Assembly: GCA_023898625.1 (NCBI GenBank)
Contig: CP060231.1
Location: 609,890 to 673,889 of the forward strand
DNA from: Candidatus Nomurabacteria bacterium
GTDB taxonomy: Bacteria; Patescibacteriota; Saccharimonadia; Saccharimonadales; JAGQNJ01
DNA length: 64,000 nucleotides
Direction of reading: 5' to 3'
This document shows positions 50,139 to 58,006 of this stretch, one piece after another. The notes beneath the pieces are model-generated. The model saw only the letters and a program-made list of their open reading frames with translations, did not search any database and was not told where the DNA came from. The first letter of the stretch is position 1. Each line of letters starts with the position of its first letter. Both the position numbers and the translations under genes were made by a program.

Positions 50139-50846
50139 CTAGAATAATTGCTCAATATCTGTCTTTACTTTTTCTAATGTAGTTTTGTAGTTATACTCAT
50201 AGTTAGAGTATTTTGTTAATAATCTGCCGATGGCGAGAATGTCGGCTCCATGATCGATAGCCTCCTTTGGTGACATGGTTGTTGGGTGTTGATCAATGGG
50301 TTGGTTGTTGTATCTGATACCAGTGGCTATCACGGTAAAGTTGCCTATATTCTTGACTCGTTCTATCATTCCAACATTGCACATAATATCTGTTATTTGC
50401 TTGCGATGAGGAAGATATTCATTGGCCATAATAACCTCTTCTAGGAAGGGAACAATCAAATCATCATGATAATTTGGCATTGGTATAAATATACTCGAGT
50501 CATGATCCGTGGCATTAACCGCAGAAATTAAGGATTGATGACCAGAAAGGGCGGAAACGCTCAACTTTTTGACACCTCGACTAAATACGCTATTTGCAAC
50601 CTGAGGTATTTGATCAGAATCCAAGACATAATTTGTATCTAGCCAGGTTTCTATGTCGTGATCTCGTAGCATTCTATGAATTGACCAAGGTCTATCAAAT
50701 TGCATTAGTTCTAAGCCTAACTTGAAGGCGCGTGTTTCTTTGCCAATGTCGCTTGCAATTTTGCCCAGATTTTGGATGTCTGATTTTGCATCAATAACTA
50801 CTATAATTTTATTTGCTATAGGATCAAGAGCCTCAAAGTTCCTCAT
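50139..50846 (-). CDS. Orotidine-5'-phosphate decarboxylase-fold protein, divergent (catalytic Lys apparently not conserved)
   Basis: 235 aa. IIVVIDAKS...AFKLGLELM and C-terminal GADILAIGRLL resemble PyrF/KGPDC family. The DxKxxD region reads WLDTNYVLDSDQIP (no Lys). Confidence 0.5.
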   Translation of the reverse strand: MRNFEALDPIANKIIVVIDAKSDIQNLGKIASDIGKETRAFKLGLELMQFDRPWSIHRMLRDHDIETWLDTNYVLDSDQIPQVANSVFSRGVKKLSVSALSGHQSLISAVNATDHDSSIFIPMPNYHDDLIVPFLEEVIMANEYLPHRKQITDIMCNVGMIERVKNIGNFTVIATGIRYNNQPIDQHPTTMSPKEAIDHGADILAIGRLLTKYSNYEYNYKTTLEKVKTDIEQLF

Positions 50847-50956
50847 GTCTGATTTATATCAGACGTTATCTTGATTGTAAAAATATTGTGTTATATATCA
50901 CAGATAACTAGTTGTGCATGACAGAGCATTAAATACTACCAATATAATCATTTTCT

Positions 50957-50964
50957 GGTATAAT
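50957..50964 (+). promoter_or_regulatory. Extended -10 (TGgTATAAT) upstream of tRNA-Val
   Basis: tctggtataat lies with TATAAT at 50959-50964, 13 nt before the tRNA 5' end. The same tctggtataat precedes tRNA-Gly. Confidence 0.45.
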
Positions 50965-50977
50965 CGTTCGGAGATGT

Positions 50978-51054
50978 GGGCGCTTAGCTCAGCTGGCTAG
51001 AGCACTTCGTTTACACCGAAGGGGTCGGGGGTTCGAGTCCCTCAGCGCCCACCA
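50978..51054 (+). tRNA. tRNA-Val (anticodon TAC), CCA encoded
   Basis: Acceptor GGGCGCT/AGCGCCC. D arm GCTC-AGCTGGCTA-GAGC. Anticodon arm CTTCG-TTTACAC-CGAAG. T arm GGGGG-TTCGAGT-CCCTC. Confidence 0.92.
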
Positions 51055-51091
51055 CATTAAGCACCTTTCAGTGATGATTAAACTATCATGT

Positions 51092-51167
51092 GGCTCTTTA
51101 GCTCAGTTGGTAGAGCAGAGGCCTGAAGAGCCTTGTGTCCCCAGTTCGAGTCTGGGAGGAGCCACCA
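51092..51167 (+). tRNA. tRNA-Phe (anticodon GAA), CCA encoded
   Basis: Acceptor GGCTCTT/AGGAGCC (one G-U pair). D arm GCTC-AGTTGGTA-GAGC. Anticodon arm GAGGC-CTGAAGA-GCCTT. T arm CCCAG-TTCGAGT-CTGGG. Confidence 0.92.
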
Positions 51168-51451
51168 AAATCTATATGATTTTTTGGAGATACCCAGACG
51201 AGAACTGGGATCTGCGGAGCAGACAGTTCGGTCATGACGAACACGCGCAGATGCTTGCATCGAGCATGTGATGAAATGGACCGCAAGGTCGCCCTGGGAG
51301 GAGCCACCAAAATCTATATGATTTTTTGGAGATACCCAGACGAGAACTGGGATCTGCAGAGAAGACAGTTCGGTCATGACGAGCACGCGCAGATTCTTGC
51401 ATCGAGCATGTGAGGAAATGGACCGCAAGGTCGCCCTGGGAGGAGTCACCA
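51168..51451 (+). repeat. Two tandem 142-bp units directly 3' of tRNA-Phe, each ending with a copy of the last 16 nt of the tRNA (CTGGGAGGAGCCACCA)
   Basis: Unit A 51168-51309 and unit B 51310-51451 differ at 6 of 142 positions. A third start (aaatct) at 51452-51457 then diverges into the tRNA-Gly promoter. The units are visibly more GC-rich than other intergenic DNA and contain local hairpins (CCCAG-ACGAGAA-CTGGG; GTTCG-GTCATGA-CGAAC; GACC-GCAA-GGTC). Confidence 0.9.
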
Positions 51452-51456
51452 AATCT

Positions 51457-51464
51457 GGTATAAT
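51457..51464 (+). promoter_or_regulatory. Extended -10 (TGgTATAAT) upstream of tRNA-Gly
   Basis: tctggtataat with TATAAT at 51459-51464, 12 nt before the tRNA-Gly 5' end. Confidence 0.45.
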
Positions 51465-51476
51465 ATATGTCAATAT

Positions 51477-51552
51477 GCGGGTGTAGCTCAGTTGATAGAG
51501 CGCTTCCTTGCCAAGGAAGAGGCCACGAGTTTGAGTCTCGTCACCCGCACCA
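51477..51552 (+). tRNA. tRNA-Gly (anticodon GCC), CCA encoded
   Basis: Acceptor GCGGGTG/CACCCGC. D arm GCTC-AGTTGATA-GAGC. Anticodon arm CTTCC-TTGCCAA-GGAAG. T arm ACGAG-TTTGAGT-CTCGT. Confidence 0.92.
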
Positions 51553-51591
51553 ATCAGACTCAAATGATTTTCAAGCAGTATTGTTTCTAAC

Positions 51592-51617
51592 AAATGAGTC
51601 GTGCGAGGCTCATTTTT
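51592..51617 (+). terminator. Rho-independent-type terminator after the tRNA cluster
   Basis: AAATGAG (51592-51598) / 10-nt loop / CTCATTT (51609-15), running into a T tract. It overlaps the first ATG of the next ORF, arguing for a downstream start. Confidence 0.5.
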
Positions 51618-52205
51618 GTTAAGATATATATAATGAAGATGCTTATTATTGAGGGAATAGCGACAAGCGGCAAATCCAGTCTAATAAAGAAATTGACCGA
51701 GCTGCTAGGCGAGAAAAGGCTACTCATATTCGGTGAACCAGCTACCCATATTCCAATTATGGAAAAAACAGACGAGCTGCACGTTGAGTTTTTCAAATCG
51801 CTCATAGACGATGCTGTCAAAGCTGATGCTGACCTTGTGATATTTGATAGGCTACACTACACGCAGGCATATCGAGCAAAAGCAAGCTTAGTTGAATACG
51901 CTGAAATTGATGATTTACTGTCAAAACAAGATACGCTTGTGGCATATTTGCGGGTAGATGAGAGTGCAATTGCCGAACGGGTCAGACTTGCTACTGAACA
52001 TCGTGATAGGACGTGGGGCGATTATGTACTTACTAAGGGCAAGACTTTTGATGAAATTGCCGAGTATTATGTCGCTCAACAGAGTAGTCAGCTTCAACTA
52101 CTTAGTCAGACTAAGCTCGCTTATAAAGTATTCAACACTACTCAACACAACTACCAAACCATAGCTGAACAGATTATCAACGACTGGTACAAAAAGCCTG
52201 CCTGA
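51594..52205 (+). CDS. P-loop kinase-like protein (thymidylate/deoxynucleoside kinase-like fold; function uncertain)
   Basis: ORF from 51594, but the probable start is ATG 51633 or 51639 (MKMLIIEGIATSGKSS: Walker A close to the N-terminus, as in dNK/TMK-type kinases). Confidence 0.6.
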   Translation: MSRARLIFVKIYIMKMLIIEGIATSGKSSLIKKLTELLGEKRLLIFGEPATHIPIMEKTDELHVEFFKSLIDDAVKADADLVIFDRLHYTQAYRAKASLVEYAEIDDLLSKQDTLVAYLRVDESAIAERVRLATEHRDRTWGDYVLTKGKTFDEIAEYYVAQQSSQLQLLSQTKLAYKVFNTTQHNYQTIAEQIINDWYKKPA

Positions 52206-52532
52206 AAATGCTTGGCGAAACTGTTCTCATAAATTAGGTATATAGACGGCGGAGTGTAGAATGGCAGGATAAAGAGTGACCCCGCCCTGTACTTGGGCAT
52301 AATAATAGGCATAGCTGTTCAATGGTTTGAGACTCTTTAATGGTCATATGCTAAGTTGTCGTCTAATCGGGATTATTCGGCTCAGTGTTTGAGCTTATAG
52401 TCCTCTTGAGCAAATGTAGCTGACGTTTGAAGTGTGTCAACTATGTTGCACTAAATCAGAACAAAAAGATTTTGTAACAGTCTAGTTTGAACATTCAGAC
52501 TCATTTCGGGTCTTTTTTGTTATCATTAGATA

Positions 52533-53111
52533 ATGATGCAACTAAAACAAGTGATATATAAGAAACCGCCAAAAAACGGGAAGTTTTATATTGTTGCTAT
52601 TGATGGTCGTGGTGGTGCCAGTAAGACTACGCTAACCGAATATATAGAAACACTTCTGCCCGATTTTAGTGTATTGAATGGTGATGAGTACTTTGAGCCT
52701 GACGATAATACAATCGCATTCGGCTCATTTAATGATGAGCGTTTTGAGAAGGAAGTGTTATCACAATTGCGAGAAGAAAAATCTGAGTTTATTTATCATC
52801 CATATCGGTGGGGCGACAAAGAGCCAATGTCTGATAAAAACCTAAAGATAACAGCAGGAATTATTGTTGAAAGAAGTGGCAGTTTTGCCTTCAACCTAAA
52901 TTTCGATTTTAAGATTTGGGTTGAAACACCAGCTAAACTTGCACTACAGAGAGGCCAGGAGCGTGATGAGATGCCACTTGAACAAGGCTATCGTTCTTGG
53001 AAAGAAGTATGGCAGCCACAGGAAGACGCTCACTTCAATAAGGTCAAACCATTGGAAACCGCAGATATAGTGATTGATGGAACAAGATCATTCGAAGAGC
53101 AAGTCGCCTGA
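52533..53111 (+). CDS. P-loop NTPase, uridine-kinase/PRK-like family
   Basis: 192 aa. IVAIDGRGGASKTTLTEYI Walker A, GDEYF, IIVERSG, KIWVETP, ADIVIDG. ATG is 6 nt after TATCAT (52521-52526). Confidence 0.6.
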   Translation: MMQLKQVIYKKPPKNGKFYIVAIDGRGGASKTTLTEYIETLLPDFSVLNGDEYFEPDDNTIAFGSFNDERFEKEVLSQLREEKSEFIYHPYRWGDKEPMSDKNLKITAGIIVERSGSFAFNLNFDFKIWVETPAKLALQRGQERDEMPLEQGYRSWKEVWQPQEDAHFNKVKPLETADIVIDGTRSFEEQVA

Positions 53112-53359
53112 TAAATTAAACAAGTTAACAAGATTTTTGAGCTTTTGGTCGTTGACTGCCTTAATTGATGATGTTTGAAATGCATCAACTATGTTTCCAC
53201 AAAATAGAACGCTTAGAACAGTGGATAGAACAGCTTGTCGCCAAAACCGGTGTGAAGCTCATCTAATCCTCAAGGCGGTAACCGAATAGCAGTTTTCATT
53301 ACGATAGACGGGGTACTACTCCAGTATTTGGACTCTCTTTTTGGAGCCCAACGACATGC

Positions 53360-53388
53360 TTGCATGATACCCCCAGGGGGTATATCAT
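53360..53388 (+). promoter_or_regulatory. csoR promoter (TTGCAT-17-TATCAT) with an embedded 17-bp perfect palindrome, ATACCCCC-A-GGGGGTAT (53367-53383); CsoR-type operator
   Basis: The GC-rich palindrome fills the -35/-10 spacer. CsoR operators in Gram-positives are C/G-tract palindromes of this type. ATG 53395 lies 6 nt after the -10. Confidence 0.75.
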
Positions 53389-53394
53389 AGAGTT

Positions 53395-53679
53395 ATGATT
53401 AAAGATTTAAAACAACGCGCATTACATCGGTCGAAGATAATAGAAGGTCAAATTAAGGGTCTGCAAAAAATGATTGAGAATGATGAGTATTGCATGGATA
53501 TATTAACTCAGAATTTGGCTATCCAAAAATCACTCGCATCACTAAATAAACTTGTACTTGAAAATCATGTCCGTACTCATATTAAAAGTGGGCTTCAATC
53601 AACTTCTGAAAAAGAACAAGAAACTGCAATAGATGAACTTTTGTTGCTTTATGAACTTAACAATATTCGCGGGAAATAA
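53395..53679 (+). CDS. csoR: Metal-sensing repressor of the CsoR/RcnR/FrmR family
   Basis: 94 aa. RSKIIEGQIKGLQKMIENDEYCMDILTQ...LENHVRTH (Cys and His ligand positions). Directly upstream of a copper ATPase. Confidence 0.85.
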   Translation: MIKDLKQRALHRSKIIEGQIKGLQKMIENDEYCMDILTQNLAIQKSLASLNKLVLENHVRTHIKSGLQSTSEKEQETAIDELLLLYELNNIRGK

Positions 53680-53684
53680 CTGTA

Positions 53685-55751
53685 ATGAACCACCATCATG
53701 ATCACCAGAACAACACCAAGCACGATAATCATTCTTGTCACAACCTTGGCTCAGAACCAAATAGCCATTATAATCACGATAAGCATGCTGGTCATTCAGT
53801 AGCGATGTTCAAGGATAAATTTTGGATTTCGGTGTTATTAACACTGCCAGTGCTTTTGTATACGCCAATGATTCAAATGTGGTTTGGGTTTACGGCGCCT
53901 GAGTTTACTGGATCTACTTACGTTCCTTTGGTGTTTAGTACAATTATATTCTTCTATGGTGGGATGGTTTTTATTAAGAGTGCTGTTATTGAGCTAAAGA
54001 ACAGAGCACCAGGCATGATGACTTTGGTTAGTTTGGCAATATTGGTTTCTTATTTTTATAGTGTGGTAGCTCAGTTGTTTATGAATAAAGAGGGGTTCTT
54101 TTGGGAGTTAGCTACTCTAATAACAATAATGCTACTCGGTCATTGGCTAGAAATGGCCTCAGTTGCAAGGGCGCAAGATTCACTCGATTCTATAGCTAAA
54201 TTATTGCCAGATGAAGCAGAAAAAATAGTGCGAGGCAGAACTCAAATAGTAAAAGTCGCTAGCCTTACAATTGGAGATAATATTTTGGTAAAGCCCGGCA
54301 CAAATATCCCTGTTGATGGACGTGTTATTGAGGGGCAGTCTTCTGTTGATGAGTCTGCTATTTCTGGAGAAAGCAAACCGGTTCTTAAAACCAAAGATCA
54401 AACAGTGATTGCAGGAACTACAAATCAAGATGGTTCGCTGACCGTAGAGGTGACGGCTTTGGGAGGGGATACTGCTTTGGCCGGAATTATGCAGTTAGTA
54501 GCAGAAGCTCAAAATTCTAAGTCTCAGGTTCAGGTGTTGGCGGACAAAGCGGCCTTTTACCTTACGATAATAGCTATTTTTGCCAGTACGTTAACCTTTT
54601 TTTATTGGCTTATAGCTCAAGACGTAACCTTTGCGTTAGAAAGAGCGGTAACCGTTTTGATTATTGCTTGTCCTCACGCACTTGGGTTAGCTATTCCGTT
54701 GGTTGTATCAATTTCTTCGGCTTTGGCAGTCAAAAACGGGTTGTTAATAAGAAAGCGCATTGCTTTTGAAACAGCAAGGAAGATAGATTGGGTGGTATTC
54801 GATAAAACCGGCACCCTAACAAAAGGCGAACATGAAGTTACTAGCATCGTGCAAGGCAGAGGTTACACAGAAGAAGATATTCTGCAGTTAATTGCTAGTT
54901 TAGAACATAACAGCGAGCACATTATTGGTCGAGCATTGGTTAACGAGGCCAAAAAACGTCAAGTTAAGTTGCATAAAGTAACCAATTTCTTGGCTCTGCC
55001 AGGAGTTGGTGTACAAGGGGTGTTGCAAAAGAAATCCTACAAAGTGGTGAGCGGGCGATATTTATTAGATGAAAATATAGCTCTACCTTCGGATGTTAAA
55101 AAAGGGGTTGATCGATATCTTTTACAAGGTCAGACAGCAGTGTATTTATTGAACAAAAATAAACTTGTGCTAGGTGCCATAACTTTGGCAGATGCAATTC
55201 GCGAGCAATCTAGGCAGGCAATTAATCTACTTCATCAGCGAGGGATAAAGATAGCTATGATTACAGGGGATAGTCAAGTTGTAGCCGACCATGTAGCAAA
55301 AGACCTTAAGGTGGATGAATATATTGCAGAAGTAAAACCCAAAGAAAAGGCTAAAAATATTCAGAATTTACAATCTAGTGGAACCAAAGTGGCGTTTGTT
55401 GGTGATGGAATTAACGATGCCCCAGCGTTAGCCACTGCGGATATTGGGATAGCAATTGGGGCGGGTACGGATGTGGCTATCCAATCAGCAGATATTATTT
55501 TGGTAAATAGCAATCCTTTAGATGTGGCTAAGGCTATTGAATTGTCTCAACAAACCCATAAAAAGATGGTACAAAATTTAGTTTGGGCAACTGGATATAA
55601 CGTACTTGCTTTGCCTTTGGCATCAGGTGTGTTTTATGGCTTGGGTGTAACATTATCACCAGCCGTCGGTGCAGTATTGATGTCGCTATCAACAATAGTC
55701 GTAGCATTCAACGCCCAGTTACTTCGCAAAACGAAACTCGAGAAATTTTAA
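53685..55751 (+). CDS. copB: Heavy-metal (copper) P1B-type ATPase with His-rich N-terminus and CPH motif (CopB-like)
   Basis: 688 aa. MNHHHDHQNNTKHDNHSCH.., TGES, CPH in TM6 (IIACPHALGLAIP), DKTGTLT, GDGINDAP. Confidence 0.9.
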   Translation: MNHHHDHQNNTKHDNHSCHNLGSEPNSHYNHDKHAGHSVAMFKDKFWISVLLTLPVLLYTPMIQMWFGFTAPEFTGSTYVPLVFSTIIFFYGGMVFIKSAVIELKNRAPGMMTLVSLAILVSYFYSVVAQLFMNKEGFFWELATLITIMLLGHWLEMASVARAQDSLDSIAKLLPDEAEKIVRGRTQIVKVASLTIGDNILVKPGTNIPVDGRVIEGQSSVDESAISGESKPVLKTKDQTVIAGTTNQDGSLTVEVTALGGDTALAGIMQLVAEAQNSKSQVQVLADKAAFYLTIIAIFASTLTFFYWLIAQDVTFALERAVTVLIIACPHALGLAIPLVVSISSALAVKNGLLIRKRIAFETARKIDWVVFDKTGTLTKGEHEVTSIVQGRGYTEEDILQLIASLEHNSEHIIGRALVNEAKKRQVKLHKVTNFLALPGVGVQGVLQKKSYKVVSGRYLLDENIALPSDVKKGVDRYLLQGQTAVYLLNKNKLVLGAITLADAIREQSRQAINLLHQRGIKIAMITGDSQVVADHVAKDLKVDEYIAEVKPKEKAKNIQNLQSSGTKVAFVGDGINDAPALATADIGIAIGAGTDVAIQSADIILVNSNPLDVAKAIELSQQTHKKMVQNLVWATGYNVLALPLASGVFYGLGVTLSPAVGAVLMSLSTIVVAFNAQLLRKTKLEKF

Positions 55752-55936
55752 GGAGTCGTAAATCATCTGTTGTAAATAACACTTTTCCGAACTATTGCTT
55801 ATTGTCGCACGTTTCGCTACCATAAAACCATTAGCGTAATTTAACAAGTAGTTGACGTGGAAACATCAATATAAAACTAAAGATAAGATCTATCTAATAA
55901 GTTAAAAGTTCTTGTTAGTACTTATATAACTTCTTT

Positions 55937-56046
55937 TTTATTTAAATTCTTATTAATTATCTCTAGCCATAAGCTAAAGATAATCTATATACATAAGAAT
56001 AAGTTAATAACAAAAAGGATAATTACTAAATAAGAATTTAAATAAA
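55937..56046. repeat. 18-bp perfect inverted repeat pair flanking a 74-bp AT-rich segment upstream of the surface-protein gene
   Basis: TTTATTTAAATTCTTATT (55937-55954) and its exact reverse complement AATAAGAATTTAAATAAA (56029-56046). A nested ATTATCT/AGATAAT pair lies inside. Confidence 0.85.
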
Positions 56047-56087
56047 CACATTAATAGACATACATACAAACAAGGAGAATAAAACAA

Positions 56088-57911
56088 ATGGTCAAAAACA
56101 ATCGTTATCATACTAGATATACTAATAGTAACAATACAAACAATAGAGCAAGCATTATACCCCTAGCTAAAGAACTAGGCTTTGCTCTATTTTTACTAGC
56201 TACAGTACTAATCTTTAGCCCTAAGTCAGCTGATGCTGCTACCTTTAACGTAGCTACTGGGTCTAGCGCGACAAATGCTGACTCCATCTGTCAGCTAGAA
56301 GAAGCCATTACTAACATCAACGACGGCACCAGAACAAATGCAGACTGTATAGAAACCGGAGCCTACGGCACAGACGATACCATCAACTTACCAGTTGGAA
56401 CTATTGATGGTTCACTATCTGGTTCGGGTCTTATGCTAAGCAAATCAGCAAAGATCATTGGTCAAGGCAGAGGAGTGTCAGTCATTGATAAACTTACACT
56501 TAATTTAGGTGGTAGTGGCACAGCTTCTTTTGAACTAAGTGATTTTAGTATGACCCTTGGTAGCAGTAATATTATAGGAATACAATCCTACCAGACTGTA
56601 TCAACAACAATAGATAATATAGAAGTAGATAATGAAGGCCTAGGTATGGCGAGTGTATATTCTGCTGATAGCAATCTAACTATTCGCGACAGCTATTTTC
56701 ATGATGGCGCTATGACTGGATCTGGAATGCCATTAGTTGTTGCTACTTCAAATGAATCAAATTCAAGTGTAGATATCGATCGCACGACCTTTGCGTCTGG
56801 GCCAGCAGGCCTTATGCTTCATGCTGGCTCAGGATTTACGCTAAATGCTACCATCAAAAACTCTACTTTTACAGATTTGCATGGTGATGGAAATCAATTC
56901 TATACGGTAGCTAGTGGTATTGCCGCTGCCCCTGATAATAGTACTGGCACTCAAGTTAACTACACTACCACTAACAATACTTTCAGTAATATAACTAATA
57001 CTGTTACTGGATCATATCCAGCAACGGCTATTCTTGATGTCGCGGAAGGAGATAGCACCATCACCCACACCGCGCAGAACGACCTTTACGCGGTAGGTGA
57101 TGGTACTGCCAATACAGTGAACTATTATAGATATGCCGGTTCAGGTTCTGGTGGCTCTGGCACCTTCAACACCACCAGCAACGGCGGTAACGTCTCAAGT
57201 GACAATAGCTTCAGTAGCTATCTAACTCAGCCTTCTGACAAACACAGCCAAACTAACCTAGCTTCCTTCCTTGGAGTCCTAACAGACAATGGCGGATCAG
57301 TACCAACCCTAGCACTATCTGAAGGTTCCCCAGCTATTAATGCTGGTACAACTGTATCTGGTATGACAACAGATGCTAGAGGAGTAACTCGCCCTCAAGG
57401 CGGAGCCTTTGATGCAGGAGCCTACGAACTAGCAATGTCTAATCCAGACCCAGATCCTGAATCAGGTAGCTCAGCAGTCATCAACAATCCTAATGGCTCT
57501 GGTACTATATCACTAACTGGTAACCCTACTATCCCTAAACGTCCAACCTTCTCTGGAACAACTACACCTAACTCTACTGTCTCAGTAACTGTACACTCAG
57601 ACCCAGTAGTCTGTACTGCTACAGCAGATAGTTCTGGTAACTGGAGCTGTACTCTACCTAGTGATCTAGCACCCGGTACTCATACTGTAACCATACAAAT
57701 CACTAAACCAGATAGTTCCACGGAAACCTTAGGGCCATACAGTGTAGTAGTAACTGAAGGACAAGCTACAACCATAACCAGCAATGACAAACTAGCCAAT
57801 ACCGGACAAAACACTATTGCTGTAGCCCTAGTAGGTAGCCTATTAGTCTTAGCTACTAGTACCCTAGCTATCCTTAAGAAATTCAAAAGACAGAAGAAGT
57901 TTGTAGGGTAG
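56088..57911 (+). CDS. Cell-wall-anchored surface protein: signal/TM, parallel beta-helix-like region, Ig-like segment, LAxTG sorting signal
   Basis: 607 aa. SD AAGGAGAA. N-terminal hydrophobic LGFALFLLATVLIF..ADA. DARGVTRPQGGAFDAGAYE motif (as at the end of beta-helix 'choice-of-anchor Q'-type domains, from memory). C-terminal LANTG + hydrophobic stretch + KKFKRQKK. Confidence 0.8.
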   Translation: MVKNNRYHTRYTNSNNTNNRASIIPLAKELGFALFLLATVLIFSPKSADAATFNVATGSSATNADSICQLEEAITNINDGTRTNADCIETGAYGTDDTINLPVGTIDGSLSGSGLMLSKSAKIIGQGRGVSVIDKLTLNLGGSGTASFELSDFSMTLGSSNIIGIQSYQTVSTTIDNIEVDNEGLGMASVYSADSNLTIRDSYFHDGAMTGSGMPLVVATSNESNSSVDIDRTTFASGPAGLMLHAGSGFTLNATIKNSTFTDLHGDGNQFYTVASGIAAAPDNSTGTQVNYTTTNNTFSNITNTVTGSYPATAILDVAEGDSTITHTAQNDLYAVGDGTANTVNYYRYAGSGSGGSGTFNTTSNGGNVSSDNSFSSYLTQPSDKHSQTNLASFLGVLTDNGGSVPTLALSEGSPAINAGTTVSGMTTDARGVTRPQGGAFDAGAYELAMSNPDPDPESGSSAVINNPNGSGTISLTGNPTIPKRPTFSGTTTPNSTVSVTVHSDPVVCTATADSSGNWSCTLPSDLAPGTHTVTIQITKPDSSTETLGPYSVVVTEGQATTITSNDKLANTGQNTIAVALVGSLLVLATSTLAILKKFKRQKKFVG

Positions 57912-58006
57912 AGAACAGGAGAAATAAGCTCATACTCAGATTAGACTAGTAATTTATTAATTATTATGCTAATATAGACGTTTGTTTTGAATAAAATAAG
58001 GAGACT

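Noticed and set aside
51335-51440. Hammerhead-like text (GTGATGAAATGGACCGCAAGGTC) inside the 142-bp units, and a possible DGR template/variable repeat pair.
   Set aside because: The core lacks the GAAA after the stem-II-like hairpin, and the CUGAUGA box is imperfect (GUGAUGA in one copy, GUGAGGA in the other). The six differences between units are not adenine-specific, and no reverse transcriptase is nearby.
51071-51593. ORFs 51071-51271(+), 51098-51310(-) and 51078-51593(-) spanning the tRNA cluster and 142-bp repeats.
   Set aside because: They run straight through three well-folded tRNA genes. The repeated peptide text simply reflects the DNA repeat. There is no RBS or promoter context.
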